Shown piece after piece: positions 1 to 13,092 of a stretch of 64,000 nucleotides of DNA (positions within the stretch are counted from its first letter, which is position 1; every line of letters starts with the position of its first letter). The position numbers and the translations under genes were made by a program. The DNA is taken from assembly GCF_006345805.1 (NCBI RefSeq), contig NC_043014.1, positions 54,064,001 to 54,128,000 on the forward strand, given 5' to 3'. Source of the DNA: Octopus sinensis (Eukaryota). The notes beneath the pieces are model-generated. The model was given only the letters and a program-made list of their open reading frames with translations. It had not been told where the DNA came from and did not search any database.

Positions 1-3000
1 TCAGATCCTGCAGAAACACAACAACAACAACAACAACAGCCAATCAAATTGTATTCTTCATCCATTATTTGACTCAAAGACACAATAAGTTGTCTGGGTC
101 AAGAATTGAACCCACATCCTAATGACTGATAGCTCAACACCCTAAACTGAATACCTTCACATGTTACATACCAAATACCAGTTTAAGAAGAAAAAAGTGA
201 TTTGCTTTACGAATACTTTTCAAATTTAATTATCACAGACAGACAGTGTTTTCATTAAAATTAATTAGTGATCTCACCTGAGTACACATTGTTGCACTTC
301 GTTTAGTTTCCTGAAGAATCATCTCGTAACTATTGAAGTCAACCATCTGTTGAGCTGGTAAAGCAGATGAGGGAGGGCCATGCTGGTCTCCCATGGCAAC
401 CTGAAACACACAAACAACACTGAGACCTAGAGCCAAACGACAACAACAACACCAACAACACAACTAGTGACAACACCAGCTAAAGAGGGTGGAGACTAAA
501 TCTGGTCATTTGACTTTTAGAAATAGCAGCTAAAACTCCTGCAACATAATGGAGGCAGGGAAGACACATTGGATAATGCAGTCCCAGATGAACTATACTT
601 GAAACAATAAAAAAGGAGGGCAGGGATGGATTGTCTTTAAACAGGATTGGTCTGTGGCTAAACAACAACTTGAGAGGATTGAACAGACTGGAGAACATGG
701 TGATCGAGAACGTTATGAGATGTTTAAGGGTCTTTGAGTTGACTCAATAAAAAGGTGCCTTAAATTGGAGAACCTTACATACAGAATCATCATTTAACAT
801 CTGCTTTCCATGCTGGCATGAGTTGGACAGTTTGAGTGAGGACTGGCAAGGCCAGAGAGTAGCACCAGGCTCCAACTGTCTGAATTTGGCATGGTTTTCT
901 ATGGCTGGATGCCCTTCCTGATGCCAACCACTTTACAGAGTGTACTGGGTGCTTTTCATGTGGCACCAGTACCTGTGATCTCAAAAAGAAGGAGTGAAAC
1001 GGAGAGATTAGAGTATGAGAGAGGAACCGGGGTAGCCCTCTTACTTGGCCACCTCAGTCGGACAAGGAAGGAGAGTTAGAGAGAGAGAGCCTGCTCACCC
1101 TATCACTCCAGCTCTCTCTCTCTCCCATCTTCCTCTCCTTCCTGAGGGAGCCAAGTCAAGACTGATGGGTTTTGATTATCCTTAGACTGAACAATAATCT
1201 TGAAAGTTTAGAATAAAGGGAGCAATGCTAAAAGGACCCACAAACCAAGTAATGGAGTTAAACAGGCTGACAAATTAAGTGTGCCACAAAAGAACAAATA
1301 CAGTCCATTCCATGGGCTTCCATACAGTTTCCACCAACTCAGTTTTACTCATGAGGACTATGACGAAGGCTACATTGGAAGACACTTGCCCAATGTGCCA
1401 TGCAGTGGGATTGAACCCAGCGAAACGATAAGATGGAGATTTGAAAGAGAATCTCTGCCACCAGGTTTAACGATTCAGCCAGGGTGAACCTTGTTGTGGT
1501 TACTGAATCTGCTAGAAATAGCAGTCAGTTCTCACTCGGACCACATCCTCTTGTCTTAGAAAACAGAGACAAATTGGATAATGTGATCAGGTATGCAAGA
1601 GTGTGTTTTGGGGAGAAAGGCAGATGGAATGCTTTTGATTAAAGGGTCTGTGGGATTAAGAGATGACTCAGGGGATAGAGTTAATGGGGGTGGGGGTGGC
1701 AAAAAGAGGCAGAAAATAAGAGATTTTAGGTGAATTTAGACAACTTACATCCGTATCAGGCTGGAACGGTCCCGTTGCAAAGTAATGAGAGGTGCTGTAG
1801 GTGCGACCGAGTTTCAGGTTACGGAAACGGTTTGACATACGACTCCACCAGGCCTGGGTATAAGGGAAAAAAACAAAAACAAAAAAAGGTTTTGGAATAA
1901 TAATTCCAGAGACAGGCAACATGTTGAAACTAAACTGTTGCCGAAAAAGAAAATTTTAAAAATACATAAAGGCCAAATTCTGTTCCTCACAGAAATTTAA
2001 CCCTAAATGCTTAAATTATAAACATGCAGAACAAAAGCATCATTTTGGGGCCTTTTCCAGCACTTTTAAGAGTAGCAAATATGGGTTTGATAATATATTC
2101 ATGCAAAGCCAACAGTAACATAGAAAATGGACATAAAAGGAACAAATCCCAAGGAATTACAGATATCATCATCATCATCAGACCATCCACTTTTCCATGC
2201 TGGCATGGGTTGTATGAAGTTAGTTTGGGTGGATTTAATATGACCAGGTGCCCTTCCTCTTAGAAACCCTCACCCATTTCTATGACTGGACATGTTTCCA
2301 TAGAATACTAGAAAGGAAGGACACTGCTTGCTGGACAGTGGCACTCGTTTACAGCGACCATGCGATGTCAAGACAAGCAACAGTAAGTAACACACACACT
2401 GTGTGTAGATATATATATCTATATATGTGTGTATACATACACACACACATATATATATAAAGTTAATCCAAACAGGAAAACACAAAAAAACACAACAACG
2501 TGAGGATGTGGAACAAATATAGTATTATTGGACGCTCAGGAAAGAAGGAGGGTTTAACGTTTCGAGCGAAGCTCTTCGTCGGAAACATAGGAGAAGGAAA
2601 GATCCAGAGAAGGGAAGACACAGGAAAAAAAAATATATATATTTATATATATACAATGGGTTTCTTTCAGTTTCTGATTACCAGTTCCACTGACGAGGCT
2701 TTGGTCGTCCTGGGGCTTCAGTAGATGACACCTGCCTAAGGTGACACGCAGTGGGATGGAAGCCAGAATTATGTGGTTCAGAAACAAACCTCTTGCTATA
2801 ACAGCCATGCGTGTGTGTATATAGTGTTGGTCAGTGAAATGGTTGAAGAACCAAAGAATCAAGAGACAAAAAATATAGAAAAAAAGAAGAATTGTTGGAA
2901 TCGGTTGAATGGAGAAGCGATGAGATGGCACTTACTCTCAATCCATTCTGTGAGTGTTCTTCGCTGAAACAAGAAAATATTTAGAAATATTTATTAAACA

Positions 3001-6000
3001 ATATTGCTCAAAGACGGTGAAGAAGGAGAGGAAAAGAGAGCAAAAGACACAATGAAGATGTAGAAATGTCTAAGGTGGTGGTGGTGGTGGTGGTGGTGGT
3101 GGTGAATGTTGCCAAGAGGTTGAGGTTGTCCTGAGTGGGAAAACCATTTGTAAGGAGATGGAATACAAAGAGAAGTTTCTTGCTGTTTGGAAGGAGTTCA
3201 ATCTTTAGAAATAACTTCTTTGTATTTTAACCAATAACATGATGGCTTGACCGGTTAGAAATAGCAGTCAATTTTCCCTCAAGTCACACTTTACCATCTT
3301 AAAAGAACAAGAAAGAACACACTGGACAATATAGTCACTGATATAAAGTATGACTGGATGGTCACATCTGGACAAAGTTCTGTAGTTGGAAGTAATTATC
3401 TTAACCAATAACATGATGGCTTGACATGTTAGAAATAGCAGTCAATTTTCCCTCAAGTCACACTTTACCATCTTAAAAGAAAAAGAAAGAACACACTGGA
3501 CAATATAGTCACTGATATAAAATATGACTGGATGGTCACATCTGGACAAAGTTGTGTAGTTGGAAGTAATTATCTTGTTACTGAACTTGGTAATAATCCT
3601 CTACCAATTCTGATTAAATGTAAAATGTGATCCACTGAATAGAATTTCTGATGTTAAGTTTCCTGTTTTCTACAGAAAAAATAATAAAATCAGATTTAGA
3701 AGAATTTCTTATAATCACCATTTTGCAACTGGAATCAGTTTAATTATAAACTGAGGAGTTAAAAGTCAAAGATTTTGTGCAGTGATTCTATAGTTCTGCC
3801 TCAAGGACAATTTTGACCACAAGTTCGCTGGCTGAGGTCAAAGAACAATACTCTTAAGCAAGACACACCATGCCACCATTTGTCACAATTTAGTGAAAAA
3901 GAAACATTAATAAACACGTCTGTTACATTTTGTGGTTAAGAAGAGCTGCTGATTTATAAGGATAAAGTAGTCCTGTAAAAGTGTGGATTTGCAGAGCTAT
4001 CCCACCCCCCAACACGGTATTATGGGGAAGAAGAAATACAAAATCTAAGAAACAAAAGAAATGCTTTGATGTCTGACCTGAAGTCTTGAACTGTGCCATT
4101 CTGTTTGGCCCATTTCTTGCCCTGGCGCTGGTTCGTTATTTTCATTGTCTTCTCAGCAAGTAAACGAAGTAAGTCCGTGTCGACATCATCTAAAACAACA
4201 ACAATTCATAACATAGACACCAGGCCACAATTGTTTGGTTTTTATTTTTTAATGGGAGGGATGGTTTAGTTAAAGCCATCAATTTGGACCCCACTCCCCA
4301 CTATTTTACTTCCATCCTGGAAAGGAAGCGAAGTCATCCCCAGCAGGATTTGAACTCAGAATATAACACAACATATTCTAGCAAAGGTGAAGTAGTGGAG
4401 TTAATTTGTAGCCACAATGATCCCCCACCACCACCACCACCACCAGGACTCAAAAAAATGTAAAGGCGATTAACACCACAAGGTATTTTGTCCACTGTAA
4501 TAATAATAATAATAGCTTCAACAGTAAAAACTGGTTCAAATTTTGGCATAAAAGCGGCCAAGTTTTTTTTTGTGGGGTGGAAGTTAACCACTTCATGGCT
4601 GCTATTTTGTTTTATTTGGCCCAGGAGGAAAGAAAGGCAAAGTTAATCTCAGCAGGATTTGAACTCAGAATAGAGAGAGTCAGAAGAGAAATTGTGCAAA
4701 GCTGTTTCTAGAAGAGACAGCAGGGGATGAAATGAAGGGGTGGGGTCAGAGGTTTTTCAGGACCCTTCATCAATGAGAAGAAGTAAGGAGACAGGAATGG
4801 GGAAGGGGTGAGAAAGGGGGGGAATGGCTGAAGGCAGGGTTAAAGGGTGGATAAGGAGTTAGGGGGTCTTATGAAGATGACTGACTGCAGAAAAATAAAG
4901 GAGAGAGAGAGAGAGAGCAATATGAAAGTAATGATGAAAGATTAGTCGGAGGAAGGATGAGATCAAAAGAGAGAGTAAAGGGGGGAGGGGAAAGAGAGAG
5001 AGAGACAAACATAGAATATGAGGAGAGTGAGAGATGAATGGTGGTGAAGAAGGAGAGATAATTTGTTGGCTCAGTGAATAGTGATGGAGGGAGGTGCTGA
5101 TCAATGTAAAATGCAAGTGGAGAGTACAAAATGGATGAATTACAAGTGAAATAGTTCTGACTGCTAAGAAAAATAAGAGCTTTCAAGGAAGAGCTACAGA
5201 TGATGAGTGATGGAGGTGTCTTGAGGAAGAAATAGGATGAAAGGCCCAGTTGTACACACACACACACAACACTTCTAGAATTCAGTTTTGTTGAGTTGGG
5301 AAAATCTTCTCGAGAAGCGTATGTCATCAGTCATGTCAGTCTTTTGTCAATGAGGTTCAATATTTTGAGGTCAGCCTTCATCACTTCATCCCATGTTTTC
5401 TTGGATCTTCCCCATCCACATTTAGCAAGCACCAAATCCTTACACATCAGGTAGCCATACCAGTGCCGTCTTCTTTCTTGCACCTAACATCTCATTCCTC
5501 TCTTGACCAGTTTTTCTCTCACATTCCTGCACATCCAATGGAGCATGCTACTTCTGCTGTGCTCATAGAATGGACTGCTCCAGTGCATCTATTGCATGCA
5601 AAGCTTTACTACTACTACTACTACTGAGGACAGAGAAGAAAATGCCTTGTGGTATTATACTCCAACTGGTTTCTGCACAGAGTCTTTCTCTCCAATTTTC
5701 TTGCCAATGACTGGATCAAACAAGATTATGGTCAATTGAGCCAAATTAACTAACTAACTAACAATGGAATTGAACCTGGCATCCTGGAATTCCTCACCAC
5801 AGCCCCATGACTGTAGCCATCATCATCACCATTTCCCACTATCCCTGCCTACAGTAGACTGCACACCACCATGACACCCCTTACTCTTCCGTGCTGGCTT
5901 TCGACGGTGGCCGTCGATTTTAAATGTCAAACATGCTTGCCACAAAACAACTGCAATGGTTTTCAACAACACAAATGAAATGTTTTTGCTGAGCAAATGC

Positions 6001-9000
6001 AACATAAAAACAAAAACAATTTTAGATGACAAATCGCAGAGTTGAGATTTGAGTTTTGTTAATTGAATTGAAGAAATGTTACCAACCGAGTAGAGAGGCC
6101 ATGTCAAAGGCTGTGCATCCGTTTTTCGCTTGAACCGTCACTTCGGTTTTGGCCTCGTTGATGAGAAACATGGCAACGGATTTTTGTCTGGAAAAAGAAA
6201 GAAAATCATTTTAGTTATGTGATGAAGATGATGTTTAATTGGTTGAAATCCTGACATCATCTTGTAGTCAAACTCCCTACAGCCCCTTTATTTCCTTAGT
6301 CCCCAGCTTAACCTTCATTGGGGAGACCTATGATTACAGACATTCCTGCCATGACCATTTCATCTACGATTACTAGCTTATCTAATGAATCACTGAGTTT
6401 TTAATTCATTTTACAAAGAATGTTGTGACTTGAGAGATATTTCACAGCTATTTCTAGCAATATGAATAACCCCAAGCAGATTCCCATCCAGAGGCAAATA
6501 TTTCCGACAACCATCAACCCGTAAAGGTTCTTTTGCTCCTCTTATAAACCCCAGGCCCCTAAGTCCCTTGCTGTTCTAGGAGCTTTGATGTTGTTTAACC
6601 CAGGGCCAATCCTTCCCCAGCAGACCCATGATCAAAGACATTCCAAGGCAAGTTGTGTCCATGTATTTAGCTAAGAGCATCTAGGATTACATTGTCCAAT
6701 GTTTTACCTCTCTCTCTCTTTTGTTTTTTAAGAGAGTAGGGGGTAACTTGAGGGCGATTTGGTTACTATTCTCAGCACATCAACTAAACATGTAGAAGTT
6801 CTCTAGTTGGCTCATATAAAATAAAGACAAGGATGAAAGTGTTTAGCAATGTTTCAGTAGTGGTGGCCATTATTTAAATCTAAAATTCAGTAAATACCCC
6901 CTCCCTTCATCTTAAAAAGAGGACATTTTGGTTGATGCGATCCCATGTACACTGTTCCAGAGAAAAAAAAGAAGAGGGAAGATGAGTGTGGCTGGGATGT
7001 CTTTGATCAAGGATCTGCTCAATCAAGCTGACCTAGGGTTAAACAACAACAATAATCACTGCATGTTGGAACAAGAAGTATGGCTGCCAGCTGGAGAGAG
7101 AGAGAGACATGATGAGTCTGGAACATAGATTCAGCGGGGAGGGTCACACCCCAGCACCCAACCAAATATCTCAGTGTCATTGCTTTAGTATATATTTTTC
7201 TTCTTTTACTAGTTTCTGCCATTGGTCTATGGCCAGGCTGGAGTCCACCTTCAAAGATTTTTCCTCAATCATATCAATCATTATTCAAATGATTTCTATT
7301 TCTTAAATGACCAGGAAATAGGACATAAAATGACAATATAAATAGGACAACAGCAGTTTTTTTAAACTGCTAAAACATAAAAACAAACATAAACAGAAGA
7401 GTTTCTGTCAACCAAATTCTATTCCTAAGTTATTGGTAAACTCAAGGTTCTGCTAGAAGACATTTTCCCATGGTGCCACACAGTGGGATTGAACCTAGAA
7501 CCACGTGGCTGGAAAGTGTACTTCTTTACCACACAATCATTTGTTCACTATAGGACTGTATAACAACAAGAAGAAGAACGAGTGAGTTACCCATGGTAGG
7601 TGGCTTGCATCAATGCTGTCCAACCACTGATGGTGTCTTGTTTGTTGGTGTCACAACCATTCTCAACCAACTGACGGACAATGTCCAACCGTCCCATCAT
7701 GGCAGCAAACATGAGAGGCGTCGCTCCATCCTGGGGCGAACAAGCATCAACTTGGATCTTATCTTCTCTCAGAATCTGGGAAATGCGTTCAAGATCACCT
7801 AAAAAAGAAAAAAAAATGAAATTGTCAATTCACATCAAATAAAATCCATTGTCCCATCAGTCGTGGCCGAGTGGTTAGGGTGTTGCACTTGCAATCACCA
7901 GATCATGGGTTCCACTCCCAGACGGTACACTTGTGTTGTTGAGCAAAAGATTTCATTTCAAATTGCACCAGTCCACTCAGCCGTAAATGGGTTGCTCTGC
8001 AACCGGATAATCTTCTTGCGGTCAGGGGCAACGGTGTTGCTCTGCTCCCCGAGCCATCAGGGTGGCATCACTTGAAAGATAAAATGATGCAAAGTGCATT
8101 GTGACTAGTGATGTATAACGTCTGATAATCTGGTTGATCATGTGATCCCATGAAGGCCCCACGCAGTTCTAATGCTGGAAGATTAAACAATGCCATTACA
8201 TGTGTGCTGTGCTTCGTTAAAGCTGAAGACAGAAAATACATCAGACAGCAGCAGCATCATCATCATCATTTAGCATCCGCTTTCCATGCTAGCATGGGTT
8301 GGACGGTTCAACTGGGGTCTGGGAAGCCAGGAGGCTGCACCAGGCCCAGTCTTGATCTGGCAATGTTTCTACGGCTGGATGCCCTTCCTAACGCCAACCA
8401 CTCCGTGAGTGTAGTGGGTGCTTTTTATGTGCCACCGACACGGAGGCCAGACGAGGCTGGCAAACGGCCACGATTGAATGGTGTTTTTTATGTGCCACCG
8501 GCACGTGGGCCAGGCAAGGCTGGCATCGGCCACGAATGGATGGTGCTTTTTACGTGCCTACATTAATCCTGATAATACAAAGCACAGCAAACAATGACAA
8601 AAACAAAGTCCGTCTGTATTGGGCCCCTCACTGCTGGGGGCCACTCCCTGTCAAAGCTACAAAATAAAGAAGACATACCTTGTTTCGAAGCAGTTATGAT
8701 GTCAGGTTTCACTTCTTCTGGTGCTGCAAAAGAAACAGAAATTAAAAACAAGAGAATCAGAGTTAATGGTCAAGCGAGAAAGGGAAGGAGGACGACACCC
8801 TGAAGCCAGAGACCGTGTCCAAATGTTTGCAATTGTGTGGTCAAGGCGGTGGCCTGAGACTGATATTAAAGCACACAAGAACAAGGAATGGTCCTTGCAG
8901 ACAAGATGTCACACACACTTTGTCTTATCTACCAAATTCCATTAAATAAGGATTTGGCTAAACCAAGAAAATGGTAGACAACATTTGCGCAAAGTTCCGT

Positions 9001-10065
9001 GTAGAGGAAATGAACCACAAACTAAAATTGGAGAAAAACACATTCTTTAACAAACAACGTTTGTGGAAAGTTGATGTTCCACTGCAGGTCCCTACAGATC
9101 CAGCAGATTGCTATTCACAAGTAAGGGTACAGCTTAAGGAACTCAAAGAGCAAACGGTCTTATTGAATGCTTTAAGCTAAATGCTTATAACATGTCCTGC
9201 TGAAGGATTTTAGAAAATATTTTGAATTTTTAGAAAACCATCTACAAATTCAAATATTTTGAGGGCCATTGTCTACATATTAAAACATGTAAGCCAAATT
9301 ACAACTGAACAATAAAAAAAAAACGGGGCTCTTTAATTAAAAATGTCAAAATATAAATAACTTACAAACTTTCGGTTTATTTTTGGTTTTTCGATCTAAA
9401 TAGCCGTGAACTTCTCGCTTTCCGCGCATCTTCGCCATTTCCAGGGCAGTTCGGTCGTTAATGTCGGTCAAATTCGGATCACAGCCTCGTTCGATGAGCA
9501 CCTGAGCAGTGGTCATGTGTCCGTTTTGAGCAGCTCCCATTAGAACTGTAAGGCCATTGGACGGCGTCTGATAGTTGACTTCGTATCCTCTGTCCAGCAG
9601 AAGTCTCAGAACGGAATCGTGTCCATTCTGAGCAGCAGACATCAACGGCGTGATCTCACAGTCTTTCCCATGTCTGTTATATTCGGCCCCAGCATCTAAC
9701 AACATCCGTACAACCTGCAAATGGCCACCTCGAGCAGCAATGGTCAGTGCAGAAGCGCCGAGGCGGTTCAGAGCATTGAAATCCGCCTTGTTTTGTAACA
9801 ATAACGCCACAACATTAGTATGGCCGTGTCGACAGGATTGCATTAGGGGCGTCCAACCAGCCATGTTGGGTTTATCCAGAGCAGCTCCTCGCATCAACAG
9901 GAGCCGAACCACTTGTTCTTGGCCGTTCGCTGCTGCCATTTGTAAGGCAGTAATCTCATCGTCGTCCACATCGTCCACCTGTACGAATCCTTGATCCAAC
10001 AGGCTGAGGATAACGTGAACCTCGCCATGTTCACAAGCGCTCAAAAGTTGTCGGAATCTATCCAT
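1..10065 (-). CDS. ANKS6: Ankyrin repeat and SAM domain-containing protein 6 (5' part; gene continues beyond left edge). Exons 10065-9366, 8723-8679, 7798-7591, 6187-6087, 4189-4078, 2963-2936, 1853-1749, 400-278, 7-<1
   Basis: All exons have GT-AG boundaries and join in consistent phase. Translation gives tandem ankyrin repeats plus ANKS6-like segments NRLGASALTIAARGGHL, KPDIITASKQG, DGATPLMFAAMMG, GWTALMQATYHG, AKNGCTAFD, DTDLLRLLA and GLRAWWSRMSNRFRNLKL, matching vertebrate ANKS6 as recalled. The SAM domain is not in the window. Confidence 0.93.
278..400 (-). CDS. ANKS6: ANKS6 exon 8 (VAMGDQHGPP...TMCTQ)
   Basis: TTTCAG acceptor, GTGAGA donor, 123 nt, open in phase 0. Confidence 0.8.
1749..1853 (-). 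CDS. ANKS6: ANKS6 exon 7 (AWWSRMSNRFRNLKLGRT...PDTD)
   Basis: CAG acceptor after T-rich tract, GTAAGT donor, conserved WWxRMSNRFR motif. Confidence 0.92.
2552..2586 (-). ncRNA. Minimal hammerhead-ribozyme-like motif (U4C variant) in a repeat
   Basis: GTTT-CCGACGA-A-GAGC-TTC-GCTC-GAAAC-GT-T-AAAC. Confidence 0.5.
2936..2963 (-). CDS. ANKS6: ANKS6 exon 6, 28-nt micro-exon (SEEHSQNGLR)
   Basis: TTTCAG acceptor, GTAAGT donor; required to bridge phase 2 to phase 0. Confidence 0.8.
3227..3576. repeat. 174-bp direct tandem duplication
   Basis: TTAACCAATAACATGATGGCTTGAC starts at 3227 and again at 3401; copies are near-identical. Confidence 0.92.
4078..4189 (-). CDS. ANKS6: ANKS6 exon 5 (DDVDTDLLRLLAEKTMK...QDF)
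   Basis: GTTTTAG acceptor, GTCAGA donor, phase 1-2. Confidence 0.87.
5300..5600 (-). mobile_element. Decayed 3' fragment of an RTE-type LINE (ANKS6 intron)
   Basis: Remnants of MLHWMC, RRRHWYG and GRSKKTWDEV motifs typical of the RTE C-terminus. Confidence 0.6.
6087..6187 (-). CDS. ANKS6: ANKS6 exon 4 (QKSVAMFLINEAKTEVTVQAKNGCTAFDMASLL)
   Basis: TTTCCAG acceptor; the GTTGGT donor gives the phase 1 that exon 5 needs. Confidence 0.88.
7591..7798 (-). CDS. ANKS6: ANKS6 exon 3 (DLERISQIL...DGATPLMFAAMMG...GWTALMQATYHG)
   Basis: Poly-T + AG acceptor, GTAACT donor, ankyrin repeats, phase 1-2. Confidence 0.93.
7858..8150 (+). mobile_element. tRNA-derived SINE
   Basis: TGGCCGAGTGG A box, GGTTCCACTCC B box, CCAGTCCACTCAGC core. 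Confidence 0.7.
8679..8723 (-). CDS. ANKS6: ANKS6 exon 2 (45 nt, SPEEVKPDIITASKQG)
   Basis: TTTTGCAG acceptor, GTATGT donor, phase 1-1. Confidence 0.88.
9366..10065 (-). CDS. ANKS6: ANKS6 coding exon 1 (700 nt, ankyrin repeats)
   Basis: ORF MDRFRQLL...KTKNKPKV; in-frame TAA just upstream of the ATG; donor GTAAGT at 9365. Confidence 0.95.
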
Positions 10066-10799
10066 GGTCCATGGTTAAAAGCCATCACCCGTCCATCAAC
10101 CATAACGCCCACCCAGTTGTAAAAAAAAAAAAAACGAAAGGTTAATATAATAAAAATTTACAAAATCTAAAATTAAAATTAATCACAGATCCGAATGCAG
10201 TGAAGGAAGAATTACTGCAGACGATAAACAACCGGATTTGGTTAAAGATATTCAAGGAATATTTACTTCTGCGGTTGAGTTTAAAAAAAAAGGAGTCAGT
10301 ATTGAGTTTTAAAAGTCTGCCAATTCTCAAAAGGAATTTTTCACAGTTTGACAAAGTTCTTTGCAAGAATATACGAGTTTGTTGGTCAAAGTGGCAACAC
10401 CCTTCCCAGTTACAGACACAAATACAAAAACCAGAAAAAAAAAAAAAACAGTAATTATTTTAACATTTGTCGTTATATTGTAATTATGAAGTCATATGAA
10501 GGCAGAACAAGTTACCACCATCGTTGCTGAGTTCTTGGAGTGATGTTTGGGAATTGAATTCCATAAAGTTGGTTCGAAATTCCAGGATTTTCTTTTCCAG
10601 AAAAATTTGAAGGTTTTTTTTTTTGCTTCTTGTAAAAGTAAATAAATTGAAATCGTCAATAATTGGGAAGAACTTCGCGTGTAGAGATGTCTTTTTCATG
10701 TAAAGAATGCTTCAACACTCCACAGAGCCACGTTACTCCAATATTCCATCGCTAAAACACTCAAACAATTCAATAAAAACTCAGCCCAAAACTTTCCAA

Positions 10800-11015
10800 A
10801 AACTTTTCGCAACTTTCTCGGCAGGTGCCCGCCATGATGGCATGGTGTGACGTCACAGCTACCCAGCATCCAACATTTCCGGTGAGAGCACGTGCGTTTG
10901 TGATGTAAACAAAAGTGGGACATCGACGTCCGGCGTTCGATCCCGTTTGCCTCCCCCAATTCAATCTTTAACCCAGTCATTGACCGCTCAAACGTGCGAG
11001 TAGCTTGTTGCCATT
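10800..11015 (-). promoter_or_regulatory. Probable ANKS6 promoter
   Basis: CpG-rich island ~0.8 kb upstream of the ATG with palindromic CRE TGTGACGTCACA (10846-10857), ETS ATTTCCGGT (10875-10883), E-box GCACGTGC (10888-10895) and forkhead TGTAAACA (10904-10911). Confidence 0.6.
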
Positions 11016-12695
11016 TATCAATAGAAAGGGACGACGGAGTCCCTACGTGAGCGTTCGATTTACTAGAGATAGCAGCTAAATTTTCCTCTTAAATAATGAA
11101 GTTCTAGATATATTTCTTTACTACATACAAGGGGCTAAACAAGGACAAACGGATTAAGCCGATTACATCGATCCCAGTGCGAAACTGGTACTTTATTTAT
11201 CGACCCCGAAAGGATGAAAGGCAAAGTCGACCTCGGCGGAATTTGAACTCAGATAGAAAGTATGGCTCCATACCTCGATGCTGACCGCGCCCACCACCAA
11301 CAACAACGGTTACCAATAGAAGTGAACGAGGGAGTTACTGGCTCAATTTGCTGAAAATAGCTGCTAAATCTCCCTCATAAAACTCCTTACCGTCTTAAAA
11401 CGGAAGGAATGATACATTGGATAATTAGTCTTGTGTACAAGGCGGCGAGAATAGTTACTACGCCGGACAAAATGCTTAGCGGCATTTCGTCCGCCTTTAC
11501 GTTCTGAGTTCAAATTCCGCTGCGGCCGACTTGCACACTCTCCCAAAATTGCTGGCCTTGTGACAAAATTTGTATTCAATTAGTCTTGTAGACTCCTAAA
11601 AGAAGAGATAGCTATGGATGGGACGCCCTTGATGATAAGTTTGGTTGATCAGGGTTCGTTTGAGGCCAAAGAAAAAAACTACAACCAGCGACAAAGCATT
11701 CGGTTGACGACGCTCAGATACAGGATCGCTTATTATTGACGGAGGGCAGGCAACCTCTTGGCGAATCGAGAATGCAATGGTCTCATGGCAGAACGAATAC
11801 GTAACCGTTCGGTCTGCTTGAAATAGCAACCATATCTTACTCAAAACATACGCAAGCTTTAAGAAAGGTGAAGTTGGGAACGTATTTGATCGTAGGTCGA
11901 AGAAGGTCTGGAAGCAAGAAGCAAAACTCATTTGGCTGGAAGCATTGGATTTGAATTCTGTGATTATTCTTGGTAAAATTAGGAAAATTCCTCAATACTT
12001 GTAATATAAGAAAACCTTAAATGCCCGGATGTAAGAAGTCCCCCACCACACCTTTTTTTTTTACTCCTATCTGTAATTAATGGAGTTTCAAGTTCAGACC
12101 CACCGCATGGCACCTTGGCTAAGGGCCTTTCACTATAATCTTGGGTTAAGCAAAGCCTTGTAAGAGGATCTGGTAGACTGGAATATGTGTGTGTTTGTGA
12201 CCCCATAATCGTCATCACCATTTGATGTCCGTTTTCCCTGCTGGCATGGGTTGGACTGTTTGACAAGAACAGGTGAGTTGCAAGGCCATGTCAAGCTCCA
12301 GTGTCAGATTCGGTACAGTTTCTACAGCTGGATGCCCTTCCTAATGCCAACCACTCCAGAGTGAACTGCTTTTAATGTGCCACCAGGGTGGTTACATTTC
12401 CATTGGTGTGCCATTCAAAAAGTACCGAGGGCTGCAGGTTGCCCCTCACTGGCTCGACTTTCAAGGACGGCTATAATGAATTTATCATTAACGATCAGTT
12501 TAATTAAATACACAAACATTTTTACAAAAACTGCATTAATGAATTTAATTCTTTCTGCAACTCATTTGCAGAATCCAAACGAACCAATCAGCTCAGAACC
12601 AAAGACTTGCTTACAATGGTTATACATCAATCCTCATCACTCTATATGAATGTATATATATGTGGGTGTATACATATATAACTGCATATATAACA

Positions 12696-13092
12696 GCACA
12701 GGAGTGGCTGTGTGGTAAGTAGCTTGTTTACCAACCACATGGTTCCGGATTCAGTCCCACTGCGTGGCATCTTGGGCAAGTGTCTTCTGCTATAGCCCCA
12801 GGCCGACCAATGCCTTGTGAGTGGATTTGGTAGATGGAAACTGAAAGAAGCCTGTCATATATATGTATACATATATATGTATGTGTGTGTTTGTGTGTCT
12901 GTGTTTGTCTCCCTAGCATTGCTTGACAACCGATACTGGTGTGTTTACGTCCCCGTCACTTAGCGGTTCGGCAAAAGAGACCGATAGAATAAGTACTGGG
13001 CTTACAAAGAATAAGTCCCAGGGTCGATTTGCTCGACGAAAGGCGGTGCTCCAGCATGGCCATAGTCAAATGACTGAAACAAGTAAAAGAGA
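12696..13092 (+). mobile_element. Abundant tRNA-headed SINE family A (copies also 24058-24445, 50869-51260, 59081-59656 and many fragments)
   Basis: Repeated GGAGTGGCTGTGTGGTAAG...GGTTCAGTCCC...GCACCTTGGGCAAG...microsatellite...CCAGCATGGCC...GAAACAAGTAAAAGA. Confidence 0.85.

Noticed and set aside
386-400. X-box-like GTCTCCCATGGCAAC in ANKS6 exon 8
   Set aside because: Explained by the codons V-A-M-G-D at the exon start; spacing is non-canonical and it is far from the promoter.
9650-9994. 114-aa + strand ORF
   Set aside because: Antisense shadow of ANKS6 exon 1.
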